Positions 46,589 through 56,578 of a DNA stretch of 64,000 bases are shown in pieces (the first letter of the stretch is position 1; every line of letters starts with the position of its first letter). The notes below the pieces were generated by a model. It did not search any database. It saw only the letters and a list, made by a program, of their open reading frames with translations, and was not told where the DNA came from. Both the position numbers and the translations under genes were made by a program. Location of the stretch: positions 58,353 to 122,352 of the forward strand of contig CAZQBY010000002.1 of the NCBI GenBank assembly GCA_964592405.1, written 5' to 3'. This DNA is from an uncultured archaeon (lineage in GTDB: Archaea > Altiarchaeota > Altiarchaeia > JAFGQM01).

Positions 46589-47751
46589 GCAGAGTGAGGC
46601 CTTTGACAGGAGCAGGAGCAGTCGCGGAGGCAATGAGGCAGATAGACCCTGATGTAGTTGCAGCATATCCCATAACCCCCCAGTCGCCGATAGTTGAGGC
46701 CTTTGCCAAATTTGTGGCAGATGGGAGAGTTAAGGCAGAAATGATAAGGGTTGAGTCAGAACATTCCGCACTGAGCGCAGTAGTAGGCTCTGCCTATGCC
46801 GGAGCCAGATCAATGACTGCCACATCCTCGGCCGGACTTGCGCTTATGCATGAAGTACTTGGTGTGGCCTCCGGATTAAGGGCACCAATCGTAATGGCAA
46901 TCGCCAACCGCGCGCTGTCAGCCCCGCTCAACATTCACTGTGACCACTCTGACACTATGAGTGCACGTGAGATGGGATGGATCCAGATCTATGCTGAAAA
47001 TGCACAGGAGGCCTATGAGAATATCCTGCTATCCGTGAGGCTGGCCGAACACAAGGATGTCCTCACCCCCGTAATGAGCTGTATGGATGGTTTCATAACC
47101 AGCCATGGGGTGGAAAATGTCAACATTTATGAGGATGATGTAGTCAGCAGGTTCATAGGAGAATACAGATTTCCGTTTAATCTTCTGGATTATAAACATC
47201 CGATAACAGTAGGCCCCATAGAATTAACAGATTACCTCTTTGAGACCAAGCGTCAGCAGGTCGAAGCCATGAAGAACGTGCCAAAAGTCCTGCCGGGCAT
47301 CGCCAAGGAGCTGTCCAAGATAACGGGCAGTAAGTTTGATGTTGTGGAGGAATACAAAACCAAAGATGCAGATGTTGTAGTAGTGACTATGAGCTCGGTT
47401 GCAGGAACAGCAAAGACTGTAGTAGACAAAATGCGTAAAAAGGACAAAAAAGTGGGTCTCCTGAAGCTCAGAATGTTCCGTCCGTTTCCATACAGGAGGG
47501 TAGCCAGTGTGCTCGATGGCACCAAGGCTGTAGCCGTTCTTGACAGGGCCTTTTCTTATGGTGCACATGCACCCATATATTCAGATGTTCTTAATGCATT
47601 ATTTGATTTGAAATCCAAACCAAAAATACAGAGTTATGTCTTTGGGATTGGCGGAAGAGACATAAGCGACTTCCACATAGAGGCTGTCTTTGAGAGATTG
47701 CTCAGGGGGGACATAACTGGGAAAGAGGAATACATAAATCTAAGAGAATGA
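46585..47751 (+). CDS. porA: Oxidoreductase alpha subunit
   Basis: AYPITPQS, ESEHSA and ANRALSAP motifs. Confidence 0.94.
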   Translation: MSRVRPLTGAGAVAEAMRQIDPDVVAAYPITPQSPIVEAFAKFVADGRVKAEMIRVESEHSALSAVVGSAYAGARSMTATSSAGLALMHEVLGVASGLRAPIVMAIANRALSAPLNIHCDHSDTMSAREMGWIQIYAENAQEAYENILLSVRLAEHKDVLTPVMSCMDGFITSHGVENVNIYEDDVVSRFIGEYRFPFNLLDYKHPITVGPIELTDYLFETKRQQVEAMKNVPKVLPGIAKELSKITGSKFDVVEEYKTKDADVVVVTMSSVAGTAKTVVDKMRKKDKKVGLLKLRMFRPFPYRRVASVLDGTKAVAVLDRAFSYGAHAPIYSDVLNALFDLKSKPKIQSYVFGIGGRDISDFHIEAVFERLLRGDITGKEEYINLRE

Positions 47752-48671
47752 ACTATAAGGACTTCGCAAAGAAGGAAGCAAGACTGGCCCCGGGCCATGG
47801 CCTATGCGGAGGATGTACACAACCCATGATAGTCAAGACTATCTTGGGTGCAACAGACAAACCCGTGGTTGTGGCAAACGCCACCGGCTGTCTGGAGGTA
47901 TCGACCACAATCTATCCAAAATCCGCTTGGAGGCTTCCTTGGATACACAGTGCGTTTGAGAATGCAGCCGCAACCATCGCAGGCGTTGAAACAGCCTATA
48001 AATCCCTCAGGAAGCAGGGAAGGATCAAGGAGGACATTAAGTTTGTGGCCTTTGGGGGGGATGGAGGAACCTATGATATTGGTTTGCAGTCACTCTCCGG
48101 AGCCCTTGAGAGGGGGCACGATTTTCTCTACGTCTGCCTTGACAACGAGGCTTATATGAACACAGGGGGACAGAGATCAGGTGCCACACCGTATGGTGCC
48201 TCTGCCACTACTGCACCCGCCGGAAAACTCATCCAAGGGAAGATGGAGTGGAAAAAGGATTTGATAAGAATCTGTGTCGCCCACAACATACCCTACGCAG
48301 CGCAGGCGTCCGCCGGCAACTGGTTGGACCTTGCGAACAAGGCGGAGAAGGCCTGGACCATTGAGGGGCCCAAGGTGCTCTTGGTCTACTCACCCTGCAC
48401 CACGCTCTGGGGTTTTCCAAACAGCAAGGCCATAGAGATCTCCAAACTGCTCATCGAGACGGGTGCGTGGCCATTATATGAGGTGGAGAACGGCAAGTAC
48501 AGGCTCACATATAAGCCCAAGAAGCGCAAGCCTATAGCAGAATATCTCAAAACTCAGAGGCGTTTCAAACACCTGCTCAAACCAGGAAATGAGGAGCACA
48601 TCAGGCATATACAGGAGGGCATTGACAAGTACTGGAATGAGATCCTCAGGCTCTGTGGCGAAAGTGAGTGA
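47748..48671 (+). CDS. porB: Oxidoreductase beta subunit
   Basis: GHGLCGGC, ATGC, GGDGGTYDIG, DNEAYMNTG and SPC motifs. Confidence 0.94.
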   Translation: MNYKDFAKKEARLAPGHGLCGGCTQPMIVKTILGATDKPVVVANATGCLEVSTTIYPKSAWRLPWIHSAFENAAATIAGVETAYKSLRKQGRIKEDIKFVAFGGDGGTYDIGLQSLSGALERGHDFLYVCLDNEAYMNTGGQRSGATPYGASATTAPAGKLIQGKMEWKKDLIRICVAHNIPYAAQASAGNWLDLANKAEKAWTIEGPKVLLVYSPCTTLWGFPNSKAIEISKLLIETGAWPLYEVENGKYRLTYKPKKRKPIAEYLKTQRRFKHLLKPGNEEHIRHIQEGIDKYWNEILRLCGESE

Positions 48672-48703
48672 GAGTTGGTAGGCCAAAGTCAGGGTAATTG
48701 AAA

Positions 48704-49195
48704 TCAGGGTAACTCTATCTGCGCAAGCATATTCACATAATAATCCAGCCGCTTTATTTCCCTCTCAAGAATATCAATTATTCGCCTGATTCTCCTTTGC
48801 TCATTGCGGTCCAGTCCATCAAGGTGCTCCCTGCTCTCTTCGAACTCCCTGAGTGAGTCAGCTAGAGTCTTCTTGACCCGAATCACCACCGCTTTCTTCA
48901 GGATATCCAGAAGGCTTCCATTGAGCTTGACGTAGAGTTTTCTGTCGCCCGGTTTCTTGATTTTCTTCACAACCTCCATGACCTCCAGGAAGTCCAGACT
49001 TAGGGATATCATGGATAAGGAATAGCCAGTCTCCTTGCTCAGTTCCTGGAGAGAGACTGGTTTGCTTTTTATCAGGAGGACCCCAATTATCTTCCCGTGC
49101 AGTGGAGAATACCCGATGGTTTCAGCCACCGCAGCAAAATTGTTGAGTATCTTCTTCTCCAGTTGTCTTTCATTGAGTTTCTCAGCCACTGCCAC
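48704..49195 (-). CDS. GbsR/MarR family regulator
   Basis: GKIIGVL...SLQELSKETGYSLSMIS...PGDRKLY winged helix. Confidence 0.85.
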   Translation of the reverse strand: MAVAEKLNERQLEKKILNNFAAVAETIGYSPLHGKIIGVLLIKSKPVSLQELSKETGYSLSMISLSLDFLEVMEVVKKIKKPGDRKLYVKLNGSLLDILKKAVVIRVKKTLADSLREFEESREHLDGLDRNEQRRIRRIIDILEREIKRLDYYVNMLAQIELP

Positions 49196-49268
49196 CTACC
49201 ATTAAGTTTATATACTCAGTATATTAAAATTTACAAGTTTTAATAAGTATTAAAAGTTTGACAAGAAA

Positions 49269-50894
49269 TTGGCTGGAACCTCAGACATAGAGCCAACGAC
49301 CGGATACAAGCAGCCCCTTCCACACAGGACTAGCTCACTCTGCCCGGAGTGCAAGAGGAAGATAGACGCATTGGTATACGCTGAGGGCGATATAGTCTGG
49401 ATGAAGAAGGAATGTCCAGAGCACGGCGAGTTCAGGGAGAAGTACTGGGAAAGTGTGAAGATGTACGAACGGGAGCGTCGCCATGGCGCTGTTGGAGTGC
49501 CCACCTTAAACCCCAATGTTGACACCAACGGCCTGAACTGTCCATTTGACTGTGGACTCTGCACCCGCCACAAAAGCCACACTGCACTGGCCAACATAGT
49601 AGCGACCAATCGGTGCGATCTGAGTTGCTGGTACTGCTTCTTCTACGCGAAGGAGGGCCAGCCCATATATGAGCCATCTCTGGAGCAGATAAGGGCCATG
49701 GTAAGAAACCTGCGTCAAGAGAAGCCGGTTCCCTGCAATGCAGTCCAGATAACAGGGGGAGAACCCACCCTTAGAAAGGATCTCATTGACATCATAAGGA
49801 TATGCAAGGAAGAGGGCATCGATCACGTGCAGGTCAACACCGACGGCATAAACTTCGCCTTCAATCCCGATTTGGTGCGGCGCATACGGGAGGCAGGCAC
49901 CAACACCGTCTACATGAGCTTCGACGGCATGACTCCGAAGAGCAACCCAAAGAATCACTGGGAGGCCCCATATGCCATAGAGAACTGCAGAAAGGTCGGA
50001 ATGGGAATTGTGCTTGTTCCAACAGTCATAAAAGGCATCAATGACGGAGAAGTCGGCCAGATGATTAACTTCGCTCTGAACCATAATGACGTCATACGTG
50101 GCGTCAACTTCCAGCCGGTCTCGCTGGTCGGGCGCATGCCCCAGAAGCAGAGGGAGCAGCAGAGGATAACCATACCCAAGATCATAGAGAACATTGAGGA
50201 ACAGACCAATGGTATGGTAACCAAGGAGGATTTCTACTCCGTCCCAATAGTATCCCCCATAACTGAGATTGTGGAAGTCATGACGGGTAAGAGTAAATAC
50301 CGTTTGAGCACACACTTTGCCTGTGGGATGGCCACCTACATCATAAGAGGTAATGACGACAAGATAGTCCCCCTCCCGCAATTCGTGGATGTGGAAGGGC
50401 TTATGGAATATCTGCACGAGACTGCGGAGGAGAGGAAAGGCAAGGGCAAAATATGGACAGGCCTGAAAATCTGGAGGAATATCGGGCGCTTCATTGATAA
50501 GAGTAAACAGCCCAAGGGGTTCAACCTGAACAAGATGCTCATGCAGGCGCTCATAAAGCATGACTACCGCTCGCTGGGTATCCTGCACCACCGCTCGCTG
50601 TTCATAGGCATGATGCACTTTCAGGACCCCTACAACTATGATGTGGAGAGGGTTGAAAGATGCTGTATACACTACACCATGCCCGACGGCCGAATAATAC
50701 CATTCTGCGCATTCAATGTCATTCCTGAGATTTACAGAGACAAGGTGCAAGCTGAATATGCCATCCCGGCAGGGGAATGGGAAAGGAAAACCGGGCGCAA
50801 GCTGGCAGAAGACAAATACAAAAGGGATGCCAAGAAACTGGAAGAAGGGCAGATTTACAAGGACATTTACACCCTGAAAGACTATTTCAAATGA
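49269..50894 (+). CDS. tes: Tetraether lipid synthase (MJ0619-family radical SAM)
   Basis: TSSLCPEC...CPEHG, CPFDCGLC..HKSHTALANI, NRCDLSCWYC, HFACG and RCCIHY...PFC motifs. Confidence 0.85.
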   Translation: MAGTSDIEPTTGYKQPLPHRTSSLCPECKRKIDALVYAEGDIVWMKKECPEHGEFREKYWESVKMYERERRHGAVGVPTLNPNVDTNGLNCPFDCGLCTRHKSHTALANIVATNRCDLSCWYCFFYAKEGQPIYEPSLEQIRAMVRNLRQEKPVPCNAVQITGGEPTLRKDLIDIIRICKEEGIDHVQVNTDGINFAFNPDLVRRIREAGTNTVYMSFDGMTPKSNPKNHWEAPYAIENCRKVGMGIVLVPTVIKGINDGEVGQMINFALNHNDVIRGVNFQPVSLVGRMPQKQREQQRITIPKIIENIEEQTNGMVTKEDFYSVPIVSPITEIVEVMTGKSKYRLSTHFACGMATYIIRGNDDKIVPLPQFVDVEGLMEYLHETAEERKGKGKIWTGLKIWRNIGRFIDKSKQPKGFNLNKMLMQALIKHDYRSLGILHHRSLFIGMMHFQDPYNYDVERVERCCIHYTMPDGRIIPFCAFNVIPEIYRDKVQAEYAIPAGEWERKTGRKLAEDKYKRDAKKLEEGQIYKDIYTLKDYFK

Positions 50895-51193
50895 CTCACG
50901 GAACGAAAGTTGGGGAGCTTCCGTTTGAGAAGGTGATGATGGCGGAGTTCGAGCTCAGGGGACTGGAGTCTATGGAGCACGCCGCGCACCTGCAGTACAA
51001 ACTGCTTCTGCTGGAGCCGGTCATAAGGGCGCATGTGGACTTCGTGAATAAGTCCATGAAGGTCTGCTACCTGGAGCCCAACAGGACCACCGAGAAGATT
51101 CTTGAGACCATCAAGCCTGTGAGGGCCACGCTGAAGAGTAGAAGTATAGTGGAGTACGACAAGATAGTGGCCAAAGGCTACCATTTAGTCTGA
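50891..51193 (+). CDS. Small HMA-like ferredoxin-fold protein lacking CxxC
   Basis: ATGA overlap with tes; FELRGLESMEHAAHL...AHVDFVNKSMKV pattern. Confidence 0.65.
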   Translation: MTHGTKVGELPFEKVMMAEFELRGLESMEHAAHLQYKLLLLEPVIRAHVDFVNKSMKVCYLEPNRTTEKILETIKPVRATLKSRSIVEYDKIVAKGYHLV

Positions 51194-51358
51194 GGGATGT
51201 CTTACAGGGGTCCCTGTTATGACAGCCTGATGTGCGTCCCCACAGTGCGTTTAGCCATTTCAGGGTGATATCAAACATTATGCAAAATTAAAGCCATAGC
51301 TAATAGGAGTAGCTAAGTAGCTAGGAGGGTAAAAAATAAAGAAAGAGCGAGCGGCCGC

Positions 51359-52627
51359 TTACGCAGCCAGCTCCTCTAATAGCGCGTCAATGACCTCCCT
51401 GAAGTCCTGCGCCTCGGCCTCCAGGTCGCCCTCGCGCTCGTGGGCGTTCCCAATCCTGTAGTACTTGCACCCAAAGACGAATGTCGGGACGCTGGGGGGC
51501 CTTGAACTGAAGGTGCTGTATATCTCCAACTCAGACTCTGGCACCTCGCTCTCGACCTCTTCAGTCAGTGTGTCGTCGCCCGTGATAACCTCCCAGTGGT
51601 GGGCGACTATCTTGCCCTCGTCCACATACTCTTTGACCGTAGAGTCAAACGTATCTTTTATCCAGTTGCAGTGCGGGCACCCAGTCGTCGTGAACAGGCG
51701 CACTATAGGCTTGCCGTCCTCTGTGCAGATGCCATCAGGCAATAGGAGGCTGTCAAACGATGCCACACTTTCGCCCCTCTCGGGTGGAGGCTCCGGGAAA
51801 TCGCCCTTCAGGGCTTTCTGGATAGGCTCCTCAAAGGCCGAGAACGGCTGTGCACCGACAACCTTGTAACCATTCTCACCGCCAACAAAGAATGTTGGAG
51901 TGCCTGTTACACCCCATTCTCTGCCCAATCGGGTATCAGCATCCACAACGGCCTTCTTCTCACCGCTGTCAAGGCAGGAATCGAATTTATCAGCGTCCAG
52001 CCCTATCTGAGCAGCATACTGCTTGAGATCATCAGGTTCCAGATTGCCCTGATTCTGGAACATTATATCATGCATCTCCCAGAACTTGCCCTGATCGCGC
52101 GCGCACTCGGCGGCCTCGGCGGCCTTTCTGGCAGAATCATGCACAATATAATGCTTGAACACAATAGCAACGTCATCCCCATATTTCTCTTTTATATTTG
52201 GTATTGCAGGTTTGTATGACGGATCTTGAGATTGGAACCGTTTAATCAGATTCTTGTTAAAGCCTGTTGCAGCGCTGCAGAACGGACACTTAAACTCACT
52301 GAACTCATAGATTAGGAGTTTGTCTCCGGTATCCTCTGTTCCGGCACCTTCGCCACTATCACCGGCAGTATTGTCGTTGCCTGTGGCACCAGTATTACCG
52401 CTCTCATCTCCCGTGCCGGCCGGCACAGTACCACTCTCCATATAGGTAGAAGCAACTGCTGCACCGATCGGGCAGTTCGCATTAGAAGCGAAGTAGAATG
52501 TTGCCATTCCCAACAGTAATACCAATACAACCAGACCCACAAACACGGGGTCCTGTATATATCTCGAATATGCCCTGCGGCTCTTCTTAGAGGCCTTTCC
52601 TTTGTTATCAGTTGTATTATCAGTCAT
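51359..52627 (-). CDS. Membrane-anchored DsbA-like protein with two thioredoxin domains
   Basis: N-terminal transmembrane helix; FSEFKCPFC...GVTGTPTF; second domain TTTGCPHC...VPTFVF. Confidence 0.88.
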   Translation of the reverse strand: MTDNTTDNKGKASKKSRRAYSRYIQDPVFVGLVVLVLLLGMATFYFASNANCPIGAAVASTYMESGTVPAGTGDESGNTGATGNDNTAGDSGEGAGTEDTGDKLLIYEFSEFKCPFCSAATGFNKNLIKRFQSQDPSYKPAIPNIKEKYGDDVAIVFKHYIVHDSARKAAEAAECARDQGKFWEMHDIMFQNQGNLEPDDLKQYAAQIGLDADKFDSCLDSGEKKAVVDADTRLGREWGVTGTPTFFVGGENGYKVVGAQPFSAFEEPIQKALKGDFPEPPPERGESVASFDSLLLPDGICTEDGKPIVRLFTTTGCPHCNWIKDTFDSTVKEYVDEGKIVAHHWEVITGDDTLTEEVESEVPESELEIYSTFSSRPPSVPTFVFGCKYYRIGNAHEREGDLEAEAQDFREVIDALLEELAA

Positions 52628-52745
52628 TTTCACGTTTTTTAGCTTTTTAGTTAATGTTGTCTTTTTTAGTTAGTTCAGTTTTTAGTTAATAGTTAATTGT
52701 TGGTTTGCTTATTTTTAATTATATTTTAACATTATCCTATAAAAA

Positions 52746-52765
52746 TTACCACTGCAAGGTGGTAA
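52746..52765 (-). terminator. Hairpin TTACCAC-N6-GTGGTAA followed by T5 on the minus strand
   Basis: Lies 47 nt downstream of the 52812 stop. Confidence 0.4.
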
Positions 52766-52811
52766 CATCTGTTCTTTTTCTTTTTTCTATTCTCTTCTTT
52801 TTCTTTATTCC

Positions 52812-54170
52812 TTATTCTTTTCTGGCACCCACTAGCTTGGTGCAGATGTCTTTGTCATCGACACAATAATATTTCAGTTCAAGATAATCGCCAAATTCCT
52901 CTTTAAGCTTGTCTAGGAGGTGTCTCTGGTCCTCACAGGCCTGAGAGCCCGGCCTGTGGAATACCTGCAATAGGACAGTGTCATTATCTGGTTTGCAAGA
53001 TTCCTGCCCGGTCTCATACATCGAGAATATGTACTCCGTGGGCAACTGCACTTCTATATCCCCTGTTGCGTTGCTGAATACCCCCAAGGGTTCGCACAGT
53101 TGCCTTGGATTGCCATTATTATACATACAGGTAAGGGTCTTAAGAACATTTTCTTCCAAACCCTGCGGAACTTCGCCGGCCTGTTCGGCACTGGCAAGAG
53201 TCCTTGCCAAGGCAAATTTGCAGTTCCATACAAGGCGTGGAACAGATTCGATATTGTAAGCCTTAATCAGAACAGGGTTATATTCATCAAAGGTCACAGA
53301 GCTTTTATCCCTTAACTCATAGCTGTAGCGCAGTTTCCCGGGAGCGATCCTGTCCACATAGACAAAAACCCCCTTTCTGACATCCTCCTCCGGGATGTCC
53401 AGCTCATTGGTTACTATACCCTTCCTGAATCCATGTCTGTAGTAATAGCCATTCAGAGTAGTCTTCACAAAGCCGTCTCCTATCTCCAGCCTGTAGGGAT
53501 AAGAGGTTCCGCTACAATTGATTGTTTTAGGTATTGTCATTATATGTCGCTGAATGGCAGTGCCATTTACCCACCGGCCGATAAGGTTTGGTATAATTGC
53601 CTTCTCGTTAAATATCTTGGCACAGGACTGGAAGGTGTTTGGAGTACGCTGCGACCGCATGAACTCATCCGGCCTGAGCATGGCACCGTTGAGGCCTATA
53701 AATTGGAGCTCTAGATTTTCATCCAGAATGACATCAAATGTCCTGTATTCATCGGACCCCTCAATGGGAAATCTCACAATCGTTGACTTTGAATTGTTGC
53801 CAGAAATGATTTCGCCCTGATTGCGGAGTATTACAAAGTGGTTTGTCTCTTCCGCCAGGTCCATAGCATCACTCGCGGAGACTGTGGCTCTTGCTAGTAT
53901 ATGGGCCTTTCCAGAAGTATTTTCCTGTGGTGTTGTAAGAACCAGAATGCCTGCAGTGATTACTGCAAGACCCAATATCACTACAGCATAGTAGAAGAGA
54001 ATACTCCGCTTCCCTTCTGGTTTGCTTCCAGCTTTGGCTTCTGCCTTCTTTAGGTCCTTGGCTCCCGGTTTTGTCTCAGATTCTGTCTGCCTCTTTTCTG
54101 TTTGTTTCTGCTTCTTCTTTTTCCCTTTGTTTTCTTCTACTGCATTCCCTCTGGTTTCTTCTCTGTCCAT
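52812..54170 (-). CDS. Membrane-anchored protein with C-terminal degenerate thioredoxin domain (SxxC)
   Basis: Likely start ATG 54170; charged N-tail, transmembrane helix, then VLLQVFHRPGSQACEDQRHLLDKLKEEF. Confidence 0.75.
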   Translation of the reverse strand: MDREETRGNAVEENKGKKKKQKQTEKRQTESETKPGAKDLKKAEAKAGSKPEGKRSILFYYAVVILGLAVITAGILVLTTPQENTSGKAHILARATVSASDAMDLAEETNHFVILRNQGEIISGNNSKSTIVRFPIEGSDEYRTFDVILDENLELQFIGLNGAMLRPDEFMRSQRTPNTFQSCAKIFNEKAIIPNLIGRWVNGTAIQRHIMTIPKTINCSGTSYPYRLEIGDGFVKTTLNGYYYRHGFRKGIVTNELDIPEEDVRKGVFVYVDRIAPGKLRYSYELRDKSSVTFDEYNPVLIKAYNIESVPRLVWNCKFALARTLASAEQAGEVPQGLEENVLKTLTCMYNNGNPRQLCEPLGVFSNATGDIEVQLPTEYIFSMYETGQESCKPDNDTVLLQVFHRPGSQACEDQRHLLDKLKEEFGDYLELKYYCVDDKDICTKLVGARKE

Positions 54171-54368
54171 TTGCCTTTTTCTCCTTCCCCCTGCCCCAAC
54201 TTTTGAAACCCCTAATCTTGAAAGTAGATATATAAATACCTTGAGTTCGAGGAGATTGCTGGTGAGGCGATTGTCTGTTCTGTTACTCTTCCAAATGCTG
54301 CCTGTCTTTATATGGTAACTGTGTGCCTCCCCCAGATTCAGCAAGCTTACGCATCTTGGAAAGTCTGG

Positions 54369-54518
54369 CTAAAGCGGCCTTGGCTCGGACAGCATTCCCA
54401 TCGCTTTGTCAATATCCTTCTCAACCCTTGCTCTTGCCCCAGCCTTTTTTTCCTCAACCAACTGGTTTATCCGGGCCTTGTAATCCGCTATCCGTTTTAT
54501 CTTCTCCAACTCATTCAT
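54369..54518 (-). CDS. Possible 49-aa helical microprotein
   Basis: My translation: MNELEKIKRIADYKARINQLVEEKKAGARARVEKDIDKAMGMLSEPRPL. Confidence 0.4.
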   Translation of the reverse strand: MNELEKIKRIADYKARINQLVEEKKAGARARVEKDIDKAMGMLSEPRPL

Positions 54519-54673
54519 TCGCAAATTTTGACAAGATAAGAACTAAAAATATATGGAATTTTTCTAATTTCTATGGTATGCTTCCAAGGTACGCCCGATT
54601 ATCTGTTTGGCGTGACAGGTGGTGTAGCGGTATGGCGCTGTGGCATTCAAGGGCCGCCACATCGGTCATAGCA

Positions 54674-56065
54674 CTATTCAAGTTCTATTCTTAATAATTC
54701 AATAACCCTTCTTGCATCCGCACGGCCGCGCATTTTTCGCATGACCTGACCCATCAGGAAGTTCATGGCCTCCTTCTTGCCGGACTTGTAGTCTCTGACA
54801 GGGCCAGGGTTCTCGGATATTATATCCAACACAGCCTTTTTGAGGGCCTGTTCATCCTTCACTACATCTAGTCCCTCATTCCTAACGATTTCCATAGGGG
54901 ATTCGCCACTGTCTATTATGCGCTCTAGGAGTTTTTTGGCAATGGTATCTGTTACCTTCTTGCTGTCAACAAGCTCAAGAAGCTCTGACATTTCATCCAC
55001 TGTGAGCTTGGTTTCCGAGAGTGCCACTTCACGATAGTTCAGCTGTGCTAATACCTCTTCCGCAATCCACGTCGCAGCAAGGTGCGGATCAACTCTCGAG
55101 GCCAGCTGTTCAAAGAAGAGGGCAAGCCCCTTTTCCTTTGTTAGAACCTTGGCATATTTGTCCGAAATTCCATACTTGCTCTTAAAGCGTGCACGCATCT
55201 CCTGAGGAGTCTCCGGTCGTCCGGCCCTGAGTCTGGACTCCAGGGTTTTCTCTATCTTCAGGGGCGGCAGATCCGGATCAGGAATATAACGATAATCCTC
55301 GGCTGATTCCTTGGTTCGCATAAGGTAGGTCTCACCCTTGTCATCATCCCAACCACGGGTCTCCTGCTGCACTCGACGCCCCTTGGACACAATTCCCTCT
55401 TGACGTGCAATTTCATGCTCTATAGCGCGGTAGATGCTACGGATGGAATTGACATTTTTTATCTCAGCACGATTTCCTCCATTCAGTGAGACATTGACAT
55501 CAGCACGGATGATACCAGCACCTCCAAGAATCAGATCGGAATACTCCAGCATCTTGACCAGCTCCTTCATGAATGCGCGCGCCTGCTCGGCCGATTTGAT
55601 GTCGGGAGCTGTTACTATCTCAACAAGTGGAACGCCGCTGCGGTTGTAGTCCACCAGCCCCTTGACAGGGTTATACTGCCCTGGATCCTCTTCCAGATGA
55701 ACCTCCCATATGCCAATGTCGCCAAAGCTACCATCCTCAAACACAAACTTTCCATCCTTTCCTATCGGCTCTGAGGTTATCTGGTAACCCTTTGGCAAAT
55801 CGGGGTAATCGTAATGCTTTCTCTTCATGAATATCCTCCCCCGTGGGATTTTACAGTTCAGGAGATGGGCTATGGTTATCACGGCTTCCAGAGCGCGCAT
55901 GTTCACCGGTCGCGGTTTTATTCCGGGCATGCCCGTGCAGACCTCGCAGACCAGACTGTTCGGCTCATTCGTGTCATGGTATGATGTGGGGCAATCACAG
56001 AAGAGCTTCTTCCCTGTCTTCAATGGAACGTGGATCTCCAGACCTATGTTGATATCAGTCATCAA
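54674..56065 (-). CDS. gatB: Asp/Glu-tRNA amidotransferase subunit B
   Basis: IGLEIH, RKHYDYPDLPKGYQI, DYNRSGVPLVE, DYRYIPDPDL and NFLMGQVM motifs. Confidence 0.95.
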   Translation of the reverse strand: MMTDINIGLEIHVPLKTGKKLFCDCPTSYHDTNEPNSLVCEVCTGMPGIKPRPVNMRALEAVITIAHLLNCKIPRGRIFMKRKHYDYPDLPKGYQITSEPIGKDGKFVFEDGSFGDIGIWEVHLEEDPGQYNPVKGLVDYNRSGVPLVEIVTAPDIKSAEQARAFMKELVKMLEYSDLILGGAGIIRADVNVSLNGGNRAEIKNVNSIRSIYRAIEHEIARQEGIVSKGRRVQQETRGWDDDKGETYLMRTKESAEDYRYIPDPDLPPLKIEKTLESRLRAGRPETPQEMRARFKSKYGISDKYAKVLTKEKGLALFFEQLASRVDPHLAATWIAEEVLAQLNYREVALSETKLTVDEMSELLELVDSKKVTDTIAKKLLERIIDSGESPMEIVRNEGLDVVKDEQALKKAVLDIISENPGPVRDYKSGKKEAMNFLMGQVMRKMRGRADARRVIELLRIELE

Positions 56066-56116
56066 TATATTATTTGCTAGCCGTATTAAAGCGGGATACG
56101 GAAGGGGCAGGACGGA

Positions 56117-56530
56117 CTAAGATGGATATGTCATCCATAGATTGAACAGAAATACCAAGAGACTCACAGCCGCCGCCGTCCTGTTCACCATGCTGTTATG
56201 TGCACTAAAAAGACGCAACCCATAGTGCTTCTTCCGCCATGGATATAATATTGGAACGCCTGACTTTGTGATAAAATCAAGGAGGACATGGGAAGATACT
56301 GCCAGAAACGCCACAAGTGCATAGACATGCTGGAAACCAGATGCAACAAACGCTACAATTGAGAATATCAGGGCTGTGAAGATTGAATGGCTGAACCAGT
56401 GGCGATGTCCAAAAGGTTTATCAATGTCCGGAACCAGAGAGAGAAGAGCAGCCAAAAGCAGTAGCATGGGATCCACAATAAGAAGTGATACCATCGCCAA
56501 GCTGAACAGCAGATGGGCATACCAGAACAT
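56117..56530 (-). CDS. Membrane-bound metal-dependent hydrolase (YdjM-like)
   Basis: PDID, HRHWFSHS, SHVLLD and GVPILYP motifs. Confidence 0.88.
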   Translation of the reverse strand: MFWYAHLLFSLAMVSLLIVDPMLLLLAALLSLVPDIDKPFGHRHWFSHSIFTALIFSIVAFVASGFQHVYALVAFLAVSSHVLLDFITKSGVPILYPWRKKHYGLRLFSAHNSMVNRTAAAVSLLVFLFNLWMTYPS

Positions 56531-56578
56531 AAGATAATAGAGGCTAACGGCTTAAAAGCATTTGATTGATGCCTCCAA

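Noticed and set aside
49506-50750. 414-aa antisense ORF (also 25092-25892, 38271-39029, 12068-12718 and similar)
   Set aside because: These lie fully opposite well-supported genes and have no motifs; they are shadows of codon bias.
51194-51245. Hairpin after the tes operon as a C/D sRNA
   Set aside because: Box C is absent; it is more simply a terminator between convergent genes.
54618-54660. tRNA-like start GGTGGTGTAGC with a TTCAA loop
   Set aside because: Only about 43 nt, with no anticodon arm or proper T-arm; not a tRNA.
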